From Peribolospora baueri (taxonomy: Eukaryota): a stretch of 64,000 nt of DNA. Of the stretch, positions 48,708-62,568 are shown in pieces (positions within the stretch are counted from its first letter, which is position 1; every line of letters begins with the position of its first letter). The stretch is taken from NCBI GenBank assembly GCA_029717555.1, contig JAMDHS010000030.1, positions 62,001 through 126,000 on the forward strand. The letters are read 5' to 3'. Under the pieces are notes generated by a model. It had not been told where the DNA came from. It saw nothing but the letters and a program-made list of their open reading frames with translations, and did no database searches. The position numbers were made by a program, and so were the translations under genes.

Positions 48708-48800
48708 TGCCCTCGACAGGACTCGAACCTGTGACCTCTCGCTTACTGGTGTTGAAGAACACCTACTAGGCGAGCGCTATAACCACTAGGCGACGGGGGC
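48708..48800 (-). tRNA. tRNA-Thr(AGT) with a 20-nt intron (48744-48763)
   Basis: 73-nt mature cloverleaf. Anticodon stem CTCGC/GCGAG with loop CTAGTAA, T-arm ACAGG-TTCGAGT-CCTGT, and downstream T5 Pol III terminator runs. Confidence 0.9.
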
Positions 48801-49669
48801 GGAGCTGTTTATCCAGTTTCCCATTGAAACCAAATCCAAAACTACCAAATTAATACTTCAAGCTATTGCTCGTTGTGGCTCGCTTCGATGATTGTTCTCT
48901 GGTTGGCTACCGTTTTCTGTCATTATTTCTTCCCATCGTCCCCCTCTATTCTTTCTGCCAATCGGTTGTCTCGCGCTCCTCCGAAAAAGGTAAAAAAAAT
49001 CCAATTTTCTCCGCTTGTTCCACCTAGTCACTTCGACGAATCAGGTATCGTCGTCGTCCTCCTTAATTCGTCTGCCTTCGCCCTATCAGGAGTGAACGCA
49101 CAAGCCCTGAGGCTTATCGTGTCCCAAGTCTACTCTTCTTTTGTTACAACGGCCGTTCCGGGACGTCTATCGTGAGGGAGCCGGTCCTAGGTGGACCCCC
49201 CTCTACGACACAGACCCCGTCTTGTCGCTGCAACCTTCACACGCTGGATCGAGAAGTCTCAGAACTAGCTCACGCTCACTTACTTCGAGACTTGTCTTGT
49301 CTTTGCACTCTTCACCCTGTAGTGCTGGAAGTTTTGGAGGCGAAGGGCGTGCACGATGATTTTGCCCTTCGAGTACAAGCATCTTGATAGCTTAGTCTAT
49401 AGTGAGTTGCGAGGCGTAGCGTGACCCAATGGCCGCCCGCGTCTTTCCCTTCATCGTCTCGAGCATCTCGAGTGGTCGTCCCGAGGCCTCAACTACGTAT
49501 GTCTACAGTCCCGCGACAGCGTCGGACGAACATCCTACCCATTCACTTAATCTTACACGAACATACGGACTCGCCGCAAGCCGAAAACAGCGCAAACGTA
49601 ATAAGGGCCAGAGTAACTCCAAGGACGGACTGGCGACGAGGCTACCAACGATGACAGGCAAGAACAAAG

Positions 49670-52600
49670 CTAGACCTCCATGACCGCCTTGGCCTTCCCG
49701 TAGGCGGAACGAATGCTGGAACGCATGTGGGGCGTGCGCACCTCCTTGTTCTTGAGCATCTTCTGGTCCAATTCGTCGTTCTCCAGCATGAACCGCAGGC
49801 GCTGGGGTGGCAGCCAGGCCCTAGGTCAGTCGAGCGAGAGTGGTGGCGTGGCGCGGGGAAAGGGGTGGATGGATGAAAGATGCGATCAGCGATGGTCCGA
49901 TAAAGAATGAGTTGGGTTTGCTAGCCCCGCGGCAACTCACCAAGTCCGACTGGTGTCGAAGAACCTCACAAGCACCACAGACGTCTCAGTGCCCCACTCG
50001 TGCTCGTCGCGCTGGTCTAAGACATCATCTGGGACGTCGTTGTTGCTGTCCGTGTCGTCCCACACTTCGGCCGGGAAGTAAGGATAGCCTGAGCAATAGA
50101 TGAGAGACAAGGACGGGTCGCGAGATAGGCCACGCCCGATCAGCACAAACAAACAAAGAATCGTCTCATCGAGACACGCAACCAGGCAGGGTCAGGTCCA
50201 CAACGTACCCGTCATGCGCGCCCATATAAGTGTTCCAGGCTCGAAATCATCGACGGTCAGCTCCTCCTCCGCATCCTGCGTCACCGTCGTCTGGGTCGTC
50301 GACGGGCGAGGAGTCGATATTTGCCCTTGTCGGTCCCTCTCGAGAGGAGCGTGGCCATGGGCAGACGCGCCAGAGGCCGAGCGACTCTTATCCCGGGCGC
50401 TCCTCCGCGCGCTAGACGCGGGGTCAGCGACGGGAGCGGAGCGCTTGGGTTTCTTCGAGGGAGACGCATCGCGCGACGAGTCACCGCTGCCGTTCGTCAT
50501 TAGACTGGCTCCGGTGAGATTGAACGGACCTTCGAACTTGCGCTTGGTGCTCCTCTCAGGACCTCGCCTGCTCGACAGGAGGGAGGATGATGGCGAAGGC
50601 GTGGGCCCCGCCAGCTCCGTTTCCGCCTTGGATCGCAGTCTCGTTCGACGCTCGCTCGTCCCCTGCTCTGGTTCTACAGACCGGCCCGCCGGAGGCGCTG
50701 GGGATTCGGGCGCTAGGCTTCTCTCGCGGCTGACCGGCCTTCTCCGTCTCCTGTCCTCTTCTTTCTCCTTCTTGCCCATTTCCTTGTCTTCTAACTCCCT
50801 CGCCAGCTTTTCCCGTTCCAACTTTCTCTTAGCCCTCTCCTCCCTCCTCTCCTGAGCCTTCTGTAGCCTTTCCTCCCTCTTCCGCCGCTCCTCCGCCCTC
50901 TTCAACTTTCGCAATCGGTTCCGCTCGTCGTCCTTGGCTTTTTGGGCAGCCGCACGCTCCGCGCGCTTTTCGGGCGTGGCGGGCAAAAAGCGACCGCTCG
51001 AGTCCCGAGGAAACTTGGACGGCGAGCCGGAGGCGCTCCGAGAAGGAGTCGAGGGCGGAGACGAGATGTCTGACGTAGACTCTGCACCGTCGCGCTCCGG
51101 CAAGGACGTAGGCTCAGTTCGGGCTGGCGAATGACCGCGCCGGCAACCCAGCAGTTCGACTTCTTCCTCCTTCGCCGGTCGGCCATCAACTTCCTCCGTC
51201 GACGCAGTGACGTCTTTCCCGTGCTTGTCCCCTTCCATCACCTCCTGAGTAGCTGTTTGTGCCGGCGGCGGCGTAGGCGGCGAAACATCCTCGGCGACGT
51301 CCTGAACATCCTCGGCGACGTCCTCTGCTGCCGACGCCTGAGTAGCCGCATTTGAAGATTTGCGAACACCTGCACAGAGCCAAAGATTCGACGTCAACGA
51401 ACAGCACCTACCAAGGCTTGGGCTCAAAGGTTTCTTGGCCGCGCGCAATTCTAACTCACGCTTAGGTGGCGGCGGCGGCGGCGGAGGTCTTCCACCCCTC
51501 TTCAAGCCTCTAGGAAGCACCCAACCTTCATTGAAGCGCAAGAACTCGTCCTTGCTGTCCAGCTGATCCACTTCGAGTATCCCTGGTGCGGGTGTCTCCG
51601 CCTCAGGCTTGACGGCGACGGTAGACGACGATTTCTTGTCTTTGTCGCGCCTCATGGTGGATGCACGCGGCGACTTTGCGCTCTCCGACTCGGCAGCCGC
51701 CGCCCCAGTACCTGCCGTTGCTCCCGTTGCACGCGTTTGCGTGGAGGCGCGGAAGCCCGGACCGTGGTCGATAGGATCGACGACGGGGGCAGCGTCGCCT
51801 CGCAAGCGACGACTCACCCTGCGCTCCTCCTTCGCCACGGCGGCAGCCGCAGCCTCGTCACCTTCCAGGGCTCGCTTACGCTTGCGCGCCACCACCGGCG
51901 GCTTTGGGACCTTCTGGACGGGCTTAGGCGTAGGAGTGACGGCATAGTGCTGACGGAGCAGGTCATCCACAGCATCTCGGGGTTCAGGATCAAGTTCCGG
52001 GTCTTGCGGTGTTCCGTGAGCTGACTCCTCTTTCGGTGCAGACGAATACTCTCCAAGGAGGTCGAGAAGCCGTTGTTCCGGCTCCAGACCGAGCTCCTCT
52101 CGGAGATTGTCATCCTCCTGCGCGCCATCGTCGCCGAGTGCAGAAGACGTTTGTTTGGTCTGGGCCTCGAGCTCAGCGAGGATCGGCTCTGTGGCTTTCC
52201 TCATACGCTGGGCAGCTCGGTAGAAGGTGGTGTCGGGCTTGTTGTAGAGGATGGCGTTGTCGAAGATGAGATTGACATCAGACTACAATGTCGGCGAACC
52301 GAAGAAGAAAACGGCAATCAATCAGTCAGCTCATGCAGCACACAGGTGGTGACCGGAAGAAGAGACGATGCAGCACACAGGTGCTGAAGAAGAGACGACC
52401 AACCTTAAACTCTTCAACCGAGAAATACTCAAAGTCATCGAGCTTGTCTTGGATCGCCACCCAATCCATCGGCTTCTTGACAATGTCATAGTAGTCTGGC
52501 ACCTCTGCCCGGTTGACTGGGTCCCGAAAGAGACCGATACGGTCGAAGCTAAAAAAAAAAAAAAGGGACGGAGCGCGGGAACGAGCTCCCGGAGGGTCAG

Positions 52601-55112
52601 CGACGTCGAAAGAGCCGTCAACCTGTTCTGTTCACATGACGGGAAGGTGGACAGCTCACCTCTGAATCTTATCCAGCGCTCGAACGAGGGCGCTCCGATG
52701 TGGGAACAAGAAAGTGTCGATGAGCGCCGAACGGTAGATAGTGCATTGTCTCAGCTTTTCCTTCTCGCGCTTGCGAACTAGCTCCGCCAGCATGCGGATT
52801 TTCTCGAGGTCTTCGCGGAGACGGAGGAGGAACTGTGGAAGCGAGGAGGGGAATCAGCGGCACTCGCGTTAGAGAAGAACTTGGCTACGGAACTTGTCCG
52901 TCGGTCGAAGCACGCGGAGCGTCACGTTCAGACGTACTTGCAGCTTTTGCGCTTTCTCAGCATCCGTCTGTTCCTTGCTGCTAGCGCTCGCAGTCCAAGG
53001 CTACAGGCGACAGTTAAAACCCCCAAACGAAGCCGATCAAGGGAGGCGGTCAATAGATGCAAACTACCTTTACCGCCTTCACCAGCGCGTAAAACCGGAA
53101 ACAGGCCACTCACCTCAAGGTGCAAGCTCTTCAAAAGGGGCGCGCCCCTCCTGGCCTCCCTCTTCAAGCTCCAAAACCTGCAAACGAGCGCGACGAGCTG
53201 CTGCTTCTTCCTGAGGCTGACTTTGGCGATGTACTCCAGCACTCTCGTCACGATGTACCTCGGCACCAAGGGCGGACCGGCAGTATAGAGTCTGCCGTAG
53301 GCGCGCGCTGACTTGGAGTTTTTCGAGGAAGATTCCCCTCGGCCTCCCGAAGCCCGAAGCTTGATCTTTGGGATCGTGCCGGGTGTCATGAGGGCGCGTT
53401 GGCCACCCTTGGAGCGCGCGGGACTGGCCCCGCCGGATTCGATGACATCAAGATCTTCGATCTTGACCTGGTCCCGCTGCGTTCAATCATGCACGATGTC
53501 AGAGGCAGCTTGAGCATATCGGTCGAGAAGCCTGCTCTGAGGCCAAGCGCCGGAACTTGCCGTTCGTTATGCAAACACACACCATGGAAGGGAGCACATG
53601 CCGATGACAAAACGCCTTGAGCGTCTCCGCGCTCCCTTCGTCGTCGTCCTCGTCGTCGTCCCCATGACCGTGCTCAGCTCGTTGCCGCGGCGCATGGAGG
53701 AGCAAGCCGGCCTGCCTGGCGCAAGTGACGTGAAAGGCGGTGAAACAAGAGCGGTTGTCACATTGGATGCAAGCGCCATGCTTCACTCTGCAGAGGTAGC
53801 AAACCTGGAAGGCACAACCGAGCGGGGAAAGGCGTGAGCAGCTGGACTTGAACGACTAGGAGCGATCGATCGGAAAACTCACCAGCCTCCATCGGCTCTT
53901 CGGTATCCTCTCGACGTTATCGACTGGCTCCATGTAAACCGGGTTGCTCACTCCCACCTCGGGGATCCACATGGCGCAGAGCAGGTGGGCCCATTTGGAG
54001 GCTGTCGTTTGCTTAAACGCGCCCCCTTCGTGTGGACAGAGAATGCAGGTCTGGCCGAGCGGGTTTGAATGTCAGGAAGAGCGTTCGAAAAGACCGACGA
54101 CGCATCCACGCAGGAGGAGCCAGGGGGCGGGGTCTAGCTGGCGGTGGACTCACAACTGCGCGTTCGGGAGAGACGGTGCATTTGCGGCAGAGCCATTGAC
54201 CTTCGGGAATGTAAGGCACGCCGTAGCAGTCTTTGCAAAAGGGGCGGCGAGGGCACCGAGCTTGAGTCAGCAACCAGTTTCGGTCTCCCCTCGCCTCGTC
54301 GGGCCGCTCACCCTGATGGACGGCCAAATTGCAGCCATCGCAAAACACGATCGCGTTCGAGTTCTCGCACTCGCCGTCGTCGCAAATGGCGCATGTGCTG
54401 TCCTCTGAGGGGCCCTCGTCGGCGTCGGCGCCACCGCTGGAAAAACCTCTTCGGACGGGGACGCGTTTCATCTGCGACGCCCGATGGAAGAGAAGTAGCC
54501 GACATGGTAAAGCAGAAAGGCAAGTCGAGTCAGTTGCTGGAGAAAAGGCGACAACGCCTTTGTCAGGTCCACGAGAGACTCACGAGGTCGAACCACTCCT
54601 TCTCCAGGCGGTCCATAATGATCTCGAACACCTCGTAAGACACGGCATCCATCTGCTCCTTCCGTCGCTCCACGTTCAGCGCGTCCAACCATTCTTGGTC
54701 TGGAGGAGTGGCGGCGACGGGGATGTAGACGAGCAAGAAAGTGATGAGAAAGCTCTGAAGGGTCTGGCGCACCGGCCGTTTCATGCGCTCTTGGCCGGAA
54801 GCAAGGACGGGCGAAGAGCGGCAGAGCGGGGGACTCACCTTGCTCGTCCATGTCGTACTCGACCTGCTTCCTGAGCTCGGTCTCGATCGGCTCTACCCGA
54901 ATATAGTGCTCTGGCCGGACGAAGTCGGAGCCGTCGTTGAAGCCGTAGCTCTGGTTCTGCTGGTCAGGCACGCCGGCCTGGGTGGATATTTGGGAGAGCT
55001 CCCAGTCGGGGATTCTGCGGAAGGAAGCTTTGGGCAGCGAGGCGGGCAGCGCCGGAGGTGGGTGGCTGCCTGGGCCCGTGCCGTTTGGGGAAGGGCGGAC
55101 GGGAGAGACCAT
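49670..55112 (-). CDS. BRPF/Nto1-like histone acetyltransferase complex scaffold (EPC-like, PHD-Zn knuckle-PHD, bromodomain, PWWP)
   Basis: [75 protein letters not shown]...[24 protein letters not shown]...[32 protein letters not shown]...LVRFFD..RTW. Confidence 0.9.
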
Positions 55113-55811
55113 GGCGGTGAAGGCTGCTGGGAAGGAGGTGTAGCAGAGCTGCAGCCTGAGCGCGGGTCTTTTGCTTCGTCCGATCGCTCGATCACCGTGT
55201 CTTGGTCGGTTGTCTGTCTTCCTTTCCTTCTTGCGCGACCGGGGCTGGAGCGGCAAGGATGAATGCGCAGCTTTCGCGCGTGGCCTAGGGATACGACGCT
55301 ACTGTCTGCTCCGAGCGGCCGGCTAGGAGGCGGTGGGGGGGCATCCCAGAGAGGCGCGGGCGATGGTCGGTCGAGCTGGCGGTGGAGATAGATAGATGAT
55401 CTGAAATCATTGACGCGGTCGTGTCGTGTCGGTCGTCAGCCGGCCGGTGGAGGTGGTCGCTCGACACGTGGGCGACGGGAGTAGGGTTACGGCCGGATTA
55501 GGGGCGAGTTCTATTGCGGCCCGCGTTTGGCTTTGACTTGACTTTAATTTTCTTTGAAATGGACGGCCGGATGATGAAAGCGGGCGCGGTGGGTCGCCAA
55601 CGAGGTCGACTGGACTGATCGAGGCCGGCAGTCGAGCCAAAAGAAAGCCAAAACGGAGCGAAACGAAAAGCCAGCCAACCCCGCCAAGAAGACGACAACG
55701 AGACGAGCAGTGAACACGAAAGCGGCCGAGTCTCAACTCAGCACCTCCTCACCCGGCTCTTCGCCTCCCAACCTCCGTCACACCTTCCTTCCTCCACAGC
55801 ACTCCCTTCGA

Positions 55812-55845
55812 GCAAGGCGAGGCAAGGCGAGGCAAGGCAAGGCAA
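55812..55845. repeat. (AAGGC/GAGGC)n pentamer tract upstream of the USP gene
   Basis: Read directly. Confidence 0.75.
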
Positions 55846-56006
55846 GTCTGGCTTAATCAAGGCGAGCAAGGCAACACAATCAATCAAGGCGCCGTCGCAC
55901 GCGCATTCATCGTCGCCTCGCCCGCAACCACACCACACAAATTACTCTCCCACAGGTCTCGCCGCCGACCCAACGAGCTCGGCAACGGTTGGGAGCGAGC
56001 GATGCC

Positions 56007-59000
56007 ATGTCCCCTTCCCCCCTCGCCTCGCCTACTTCGCCCACCTCGCCTGCTTTCCCAACCGGCACGCACACCGTCTCCTCCTCCGCCATCAAGAACG
56101 GCACCGCCGCCGCCGCCTCTGCCGCATCGTCACCCGAGTCGTCTGCTTCCTCTTCGGCGGCCACCGTAGGCGCCCCGAGCGCAGGCGCCGCTTCCCAGGC
56201 GGCCACGGCGGGCGTCTCGCAAATCGTATCCGTGAGCGCCCTGAAACGCATCGCAAAGGTCGATCTCGACGCACAGTTCAGCATCAAGTCGTACATAGGC
56301 GCCTCTCAGAAACTCCTCGAGACCGCCGACACAGCAGACAGGGCGGGCGACCTCGAAACGGCCTTTGTCAACTACCTCAAAGCCGCCCAGTGAGCCACCG
56401 TCCAGGCATCATGCCTTTGCTTCGCTCGCTCTCTCCCACTCGCGCGCCGCTCACCATCTGTCCATGTCTTCGTCGTCGCTCGCTTCCCAGGATTATCGGG
56501 TTCATCTCCAAGCACAATGACTATGCCACCTTCGTCTCTCAGAAACATTCGTACTACTACCGCTACACAGATCTCAAGCAGAGGCTCCCGGGCGTCTTGG
56601 AGCGCGCCAAAGCGAACGAGGCGGAGCTGAAGAGGAAGGAGGAGAGGGAGTCAACGGCCCAGTCGTCGTCGATCAAGAACAGCGGGAGCAGCTCTGCGGC
56701 GCCGGAGCGAGGGGCCGGCGGTGGCGGTGGCAGTGGCAGTGGCGGCGCCGTGAACGGAGGGTCACGGAGAGACCGTTCGGATTCGGCCTCCTCTACGGCT
56801 TCGCAGTCTCGACGGGGCTCGGTGAACATGGGCGGAGGGTCGCTTCAGGAGCGTCTCGCGGCGTTGCGCGGCGCAGGCATGGCCACCGGCGTCGTCAATC
56901 CCAAGCGACTATCCAAGGACACAGCTGCACTGTCGCGGGTCGTGTCGCCGCCGCCATCCGTCGCTCCGGACATGGCACCGTCGTCAAGCTTGCCGCCTGC
57001 CACGCCCTCTCCACGGCCTCAGCCGAGCGGATCACGCCAGCCGATGGACGCCGGTTTCGGCCCGCCTTCCGGGTCCGCCATGCTTGGAGATCCGTCAGAG
57101 CTGGACGACCACAGGCCCACGAGCGCACCCGCTTCCGGAAATCGAGCTTCGGTGGCGCCCATGCTGGATGACTACGATGGCTTCAGAGGCGTCGACACCC
57201 CGTCGAATGCCGTCGGCATGCACGTCGATGCGAAGGACGTCCAAACAGCACCTCTGCCTCCAGAGGCGCCGAGCGTACCGTCCTCTTCGTCCCTGGACGG
57301 ACATTCACCGTCGTATTCTGACTTTGAAAACGCGTTTCCTCCGCTCGTCGACCTCGACAGGGACGATGACGCGTACAGCTTCCCTTCCGTACCCTCCTCC
57401 CCACCGGGTTCATCGAGCGCAGCAAAGTCTACGAGAAGGCAACTCCTCCCGGCACCTCTACCGCCAACGGACCTCACTTTCAGCAGGGCCGAGGTGCCGA
57501 AGCCGTTCCCGTACTATCCTCTACAGTCTCCGTCTCCCCCGTCCATCGGAGCCCGCTCCTCGCCACCACCTTTGCCACCTTCCTCTTCCCCCCCGGTCTC
57601 TCGCCCGTTGCCTTCCTCCACCGTCGCTCGTCCACTACCTTCGCCCACCTTGCCCTCTAACTTTGCCTCCCCTATCTCCCTGCCCAAGCCCGAGCTGCCA
57701 CTGAGCAGCCACGTGGGCCCGGACAACCTGTGGAGCTACCTCGGTTCATACTCCGTACTCTTGCTCGACGTCAGGCCGAGGGATGCATATGAGCGAGGGA
57801 GGATCAAGAGCCGGTGTAGCGTCTGCATCGAGCCGATGTTATTGAAGGAGAAGTGAGTCCTTTCCGTCCTTCCTTTCGCTTTAGCATGCCACTTTCACTC
57901 ACGCGATCCCGTCTCCTCGCCTCTTGCCATCTGCAGCATGTCCTCTTCCCAACTGGAGGATCGCCTGTGTGTTTCCCCTGCAGAAGAGCTCACCTCTTTC
58001 GTCCAGCGAGCGATGTTCGACCTCGTCGTCCTCTACGACCGTTGCTCCACCTCCCTCTCTCCACCCACCACCTCCTCCGTCTCCTCCAAGGCCGCCCCTC
58101 CCCGCACGGCGGAGAGCGACGAGCGCCATCGGCGGCTTCAAGTGCTTATGAATGCAGTGTACGAGCTCGAGTACCGCAAGCCTCTACGACGCATGCCCAT
58201 GTTGTTGATCGGCGGCTTCGAGGCTTGGGAGCGCGTCATCGGGGAGGAAGGCATCGTGCGGGGCGTCGATGTCGATAGAGCGGGCGCGGGCGCAGTCAAT
58301 GGCCCCAGTGCGAACGGGAGCGGCTCGGAAGAGGCGAGGACTGCACGGCCAAGGGTGCCGATGACGGAGGCTGTTCGGACAAGCAGGAGTGGCAGTCCCG
58401 CCATGGGCCGAAGAGAGCCTGGCATGGCGGTGACGGACGCGACGTCGACGACGACGATGACGACGACGCAGATGGCGCGAAGAGCGAGCGAGGACCCGCA
58501 TACAACCATGCTCAAGAGGATACATAGGCAGGCTTCTCTCATACCTGGCGTGACGGGTTTGTCGGCACAGCCCATCTCGAGGAGCATCGCGGATAACGTG
58601 AGTGGTCATCGTCGTCTTCCTTGGTCGCACTTTTGGGCTTTCTTGAATGACCTTTTCGACCCTTTCGGCCGCTTATCTCTGACTTTGGCGTCTCCCGACA
58701 CAGCTACAACATTCTCAAGTCCCGCAATCCATGATTTCCACGGCGCCTGCCAACGTTCCCCCAGGGTTCTATCCCTCCGTCCGACAAGGACAGGACCCAT
58801 ACACAAAAGCCGTCTCCCCTCCTGCAGCGCCGCGAATGCCCGCGCCGATATACCAGTCCCCCGCGTCCTCCGCCAACAGCGGCTCGCTTCGCACTCGGCA
58901 GCACGACTTTCACGACTCACAAGCCGCCACGGGCTCCGTCCCGCGACCGAGCCTCGCCGGCGCGATGCCTCGCGCGAGCTTCGATCGGTCTTCCCAGCTC

Positions 59001-60868
59001 CCTCAACACTTCCAGGACGCCGTGTCCCCGCAGCCTCCCCCGCTCGCGGCTTCGCCGGGCGCCGGATCACGACCGTCGCACGTGCATTCCAACAGCCTGC
59101 AAAGCCTGAGCGCCTATTCGGGTGTCTCGCCGCCGCCGCCGCCGCAACAGCAGCCGTGGCGATACCAGAGCATGACGCCCTACGACCCGTCCGCATCCAT
59201 GCCGCACGCGCCGGGCGGGAGTGCGGGAATGGAGGACGTGAGGATCGGCTTGACCGGACTCAAGAACTTGGGCAACTCTTGCTATATGAACTCGACGTTG
59301 CAATGCCTCAGCGCCACGCTGCCTTTGGCGAGGTACTTGTTGCGTGAGTCGGGTCGATTTGGTGCGCTCGCTGCATTGTATCCGCTCGCCCGTTCGCTGA
59401 CCCACACTTTCGCTGCAATTCGCCTTTTTCTCCGCGTCCGACGCATAGTCGGCAATTTCCGCAAAGATATCAACCGGTTCAACGCGCTGGGGACCAAGGG
59501 AGAGCTCGCCGAGGCGTTCGCCCATCTCGTTCGGGTCATGTGGAAAGAGCAATATTCCTTCGTATCTCCCGTCACCTTCCGAGTGCGCATATCTATCTGC
59601 TCGTCTTCCTTGGTTCCGTGTGTGGAGTCAGATTCGTACTCCGGTCCTCCGCTGACGATTTGTCCACCATCTTCCATGCTCCGCAGGACGCTATCACGCG
59701 CTTCGCGGAGCAATTCAGCGGTTCAAACCAACACGACTCTCAAGAGTTCCTCGCCTTCCTCCTCGACGGCCTGCACGAGGACCTGAACAGGGTGGTACAC
59801 AAGCCGCCACCGGTGAAGGTGACGCCGGAGATGGAGGCACACCTGGAGCGGCTGCCCCCGCAGGTGGCCAGCGCCAAGGAGTGGAAGACGTATCGGATGA
59901 CGAACAATAGCTTCCTCGTGGACTGGTTTCAGGGACAGTTCAGGAACAAGATGACTTGTATGGTTTGCGGTAAGGTGGGTCTTCGCTCGAGGACCGTGCC
60001 GACGACGTCGGTCTTGCCTTGGGAGCTCATCCATGCCTTTCCGTTCCTTTCACCGCGCATGGGCAGACTTCGACGACGTATCAAGCCTTCACGTATCTCT
60101 CCCTCCCCATTCCCGCGACGAAGCGCAATGAGGTGACGCTTGCCAGCTGCCTGGACGCGTTTGTGGCCAACGAGACGCTCGAAGGGTCCAACGCATGGTA
60201 TTGTCCCCGATGCGAGACGCATCGGAGGGCAAACAAGCGACTCACGCTGGCGAGACTGCCGCCGATTTTGCTCATCCATCTCAAGAGGTTCATCAACAAA
60301 GGGCCCTTCACGGACAAGATCGACGCCGTGGTCCGCTTCCCCACTGAGGGCCTCGACCTGACCAACTACATGCCCCCGCCGCTCCCTCCGGGCGTCGCTG
60401 CGGCCACGGCCGGTGGAGGAGCGGGAGTGGATGCGAGCCTGGTGTCGAAGGATACGCAGCCGCCATTCTTGTACGATCTGTACGCCACCACGCACCACTT
60501 CGGAAGCCTGAGCAGCGGGCACTGTGAGTCGCCGACGTGTTTTCGTTTCTCCCTCCCGCTTTCCTTCCTTCCGTCGCTGAACCCCACCCCCCCACCTCGC
60601 GCTGGATCGAATTCGACAGACACGGCGACTATCAGGAACCACGGCGAATGGTTCTACTGTGACGACAGCAAGGTGATGAAGTCAGACGACAGTAGGCTCA
60701 GGGTGGGTGTTCCGGCCGCTTGACCTTCCGAGTTCGGGTTCGGGTTCGGATTGAGCGTCTTACTGACGGGCTGGGCCGCGACGGGCCGCATTCCTTCTTT
60801 CTCGCTCAACCTCGTCCTACCAGTCCAACTCGCCGTACATGCTCTTCTACCGACGACAGCACTTTTGA
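56007..60868 (+). CDS. USP8/Doa4-like ubiquitin C-terminal hydrolase
   Basis: N-terminal USP8/MIT-like helical domain (GDLETAFVNYLKAA) and rhodanese-like domain (LLLDVRPRDAYERGRI; LIGGFEAW). Cys box GLKNLGNSCYMNSTLQCL, QHDSQEF, LLIHLKRF, His box HFGSLSSGHY, WFYCDDS, PYMLFYRR. Confidence 0.93.
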
Positions 60869-62568
60869 GTGAAGGCGGGGGAGAGGGAGGGTCTATCTAT
60901 CTTCCTACCGCCCTCTATCGTCGCTTTCGTCTCCTTTTTTGGTTTTGTTTTCGGCTTTTGTTTTGCTCTCGCAGCGCGCTCGTCCCTGACGCTCTTGTTG
61001 TCTGCTCCCTGTTCTACCCTGCGTTTCGCGCGGCAATTGACATTTTCGTAAAACGAGACAGAGGCTGATGGGTGATCGTAAGATGGATGAAAGCTTCCGT
61101 TACCGAAACATTTTTTTCTTCCACGTTATAATCGGGCCGTCGGGCGCCCATGATATATCCCGTGGATAGAGGACCGACGACGTCGCTTTCGAGGCCGTCC
61201 TTCTGTCGTTGGAGCCCCGGGTCAAGGAGACGAACGAGTGCGTGGGGGAGAGACGCAAAAGAAGGGTTGGATGAAGGACCGCAGAGACAGTAGGATCGTC
61301 CGTCCCTTCCGTCCCGTCCCCCCATCCCCTCCCCTCCCCTCGCTCGCCCTGCCTCGTTCGTCCCGCTCTTTTTCTTTCTCCACGATCCCCACCCCATCCA
61401 TCCCTGCCGCTTACTCGTTCCTCCGGGATGCTCGCTTGCACCTCCACGGGACGGCTACCTCTCGAAGGATGACAACGAGAAGGGAGGAAAGAGAAAGACG
61501 GGAGGGAAAGCGAAAGGAAGGATGGGATCGGACAGGCATCGTCGGAGGGAAGGGACCGGACCGGCTACCGATGAAGTGCGGGTGACTGACGAGCGAAAAC
61601 GGACCGGCGATGCGATCGTGGCGGTGTGGTGGTGGTTTTTTTTTTCTTCCTCTTTTTTCTTTTCTTTTCTTCCACGACCGACGGTGGTTTCTTACGTGCA
61701 GCGGAGGAGGGAGCAGGCGAGGAGGACCGGGGATCGGACGGGCCGGTGGACGCCGTGGAACGGCGTATGGGGCGTCGTCTCCCGTGCTGTACCTACATGG
61801 GCGCCGCCGGCGGAAGACACCGAAGGGACTGTCCAACCTGGGCCGGCGGTCACGGTCCATGCGAGGTGGAGCTCCTGCGATGCGATCTCGGTGACTTGGT
61901 TTCACCTTCGGCTACGACTGTCACCAAGTGAGAGAGAGCGTGGTCCGGGAGGGCAGACGATGTGAATCGGATCCGAAGGCCGGGCACTAGGCCTTGTATC
62001 GCATACGCTCGTGCAGCGGAGCTGGCGTCGTAATGTGGTCGATGGGCGAGGAAGCTGTAGCGACGTAAGGTTGACGTGTGGCGGCATGTCCTCTGCTTTC
62101 TTGCATGAATGATTCTTGCGTTGCGATGTGATCTTGCTTGTGCGAGGATGTGACGACAACAAACGACGAACGACAATCGGCAAATGGCAAACGGCAAACG
62201 AAAACCGGCGATCGCCGATCCACCCCGAAAAGGCGATGCTCGGCAATAGGCCTTGCTGTCGCGTAGAAGCGGCCAGCGCCCAACCTCGACGGCCTCGCCT
62301 TCTTTGCCTCCGTCCGACCTTGGCCGCTTTTCCGGGGTCGCCCAATCAAATTCCACCCTCGGCGTCTTCCCCTTCCCCAGTCGAACCTCGGAGAAGAGTC
62401 TCGGCCTCGCCTGGCCCGGCCGAAACTGAAAGTAAAAAGAGCGTCGAACTCGAACTCGTCGCCCTCCTCCTCGCTCTTCCCCCATCCCGCCCCTCCCCGC
62501 GCCACCACCCCACCTTCTCCCCTTCTCTCGTCCCTCTTCGCACCACCCCGCCACCAACACCGTTCAAC

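Noticed and set aside
62116..62568. N-terminal extension of the last ORF from a TTG start
   Set aside because: The region looks like promoter and pyrimidine-rich leader; ATG 62569 has good context.
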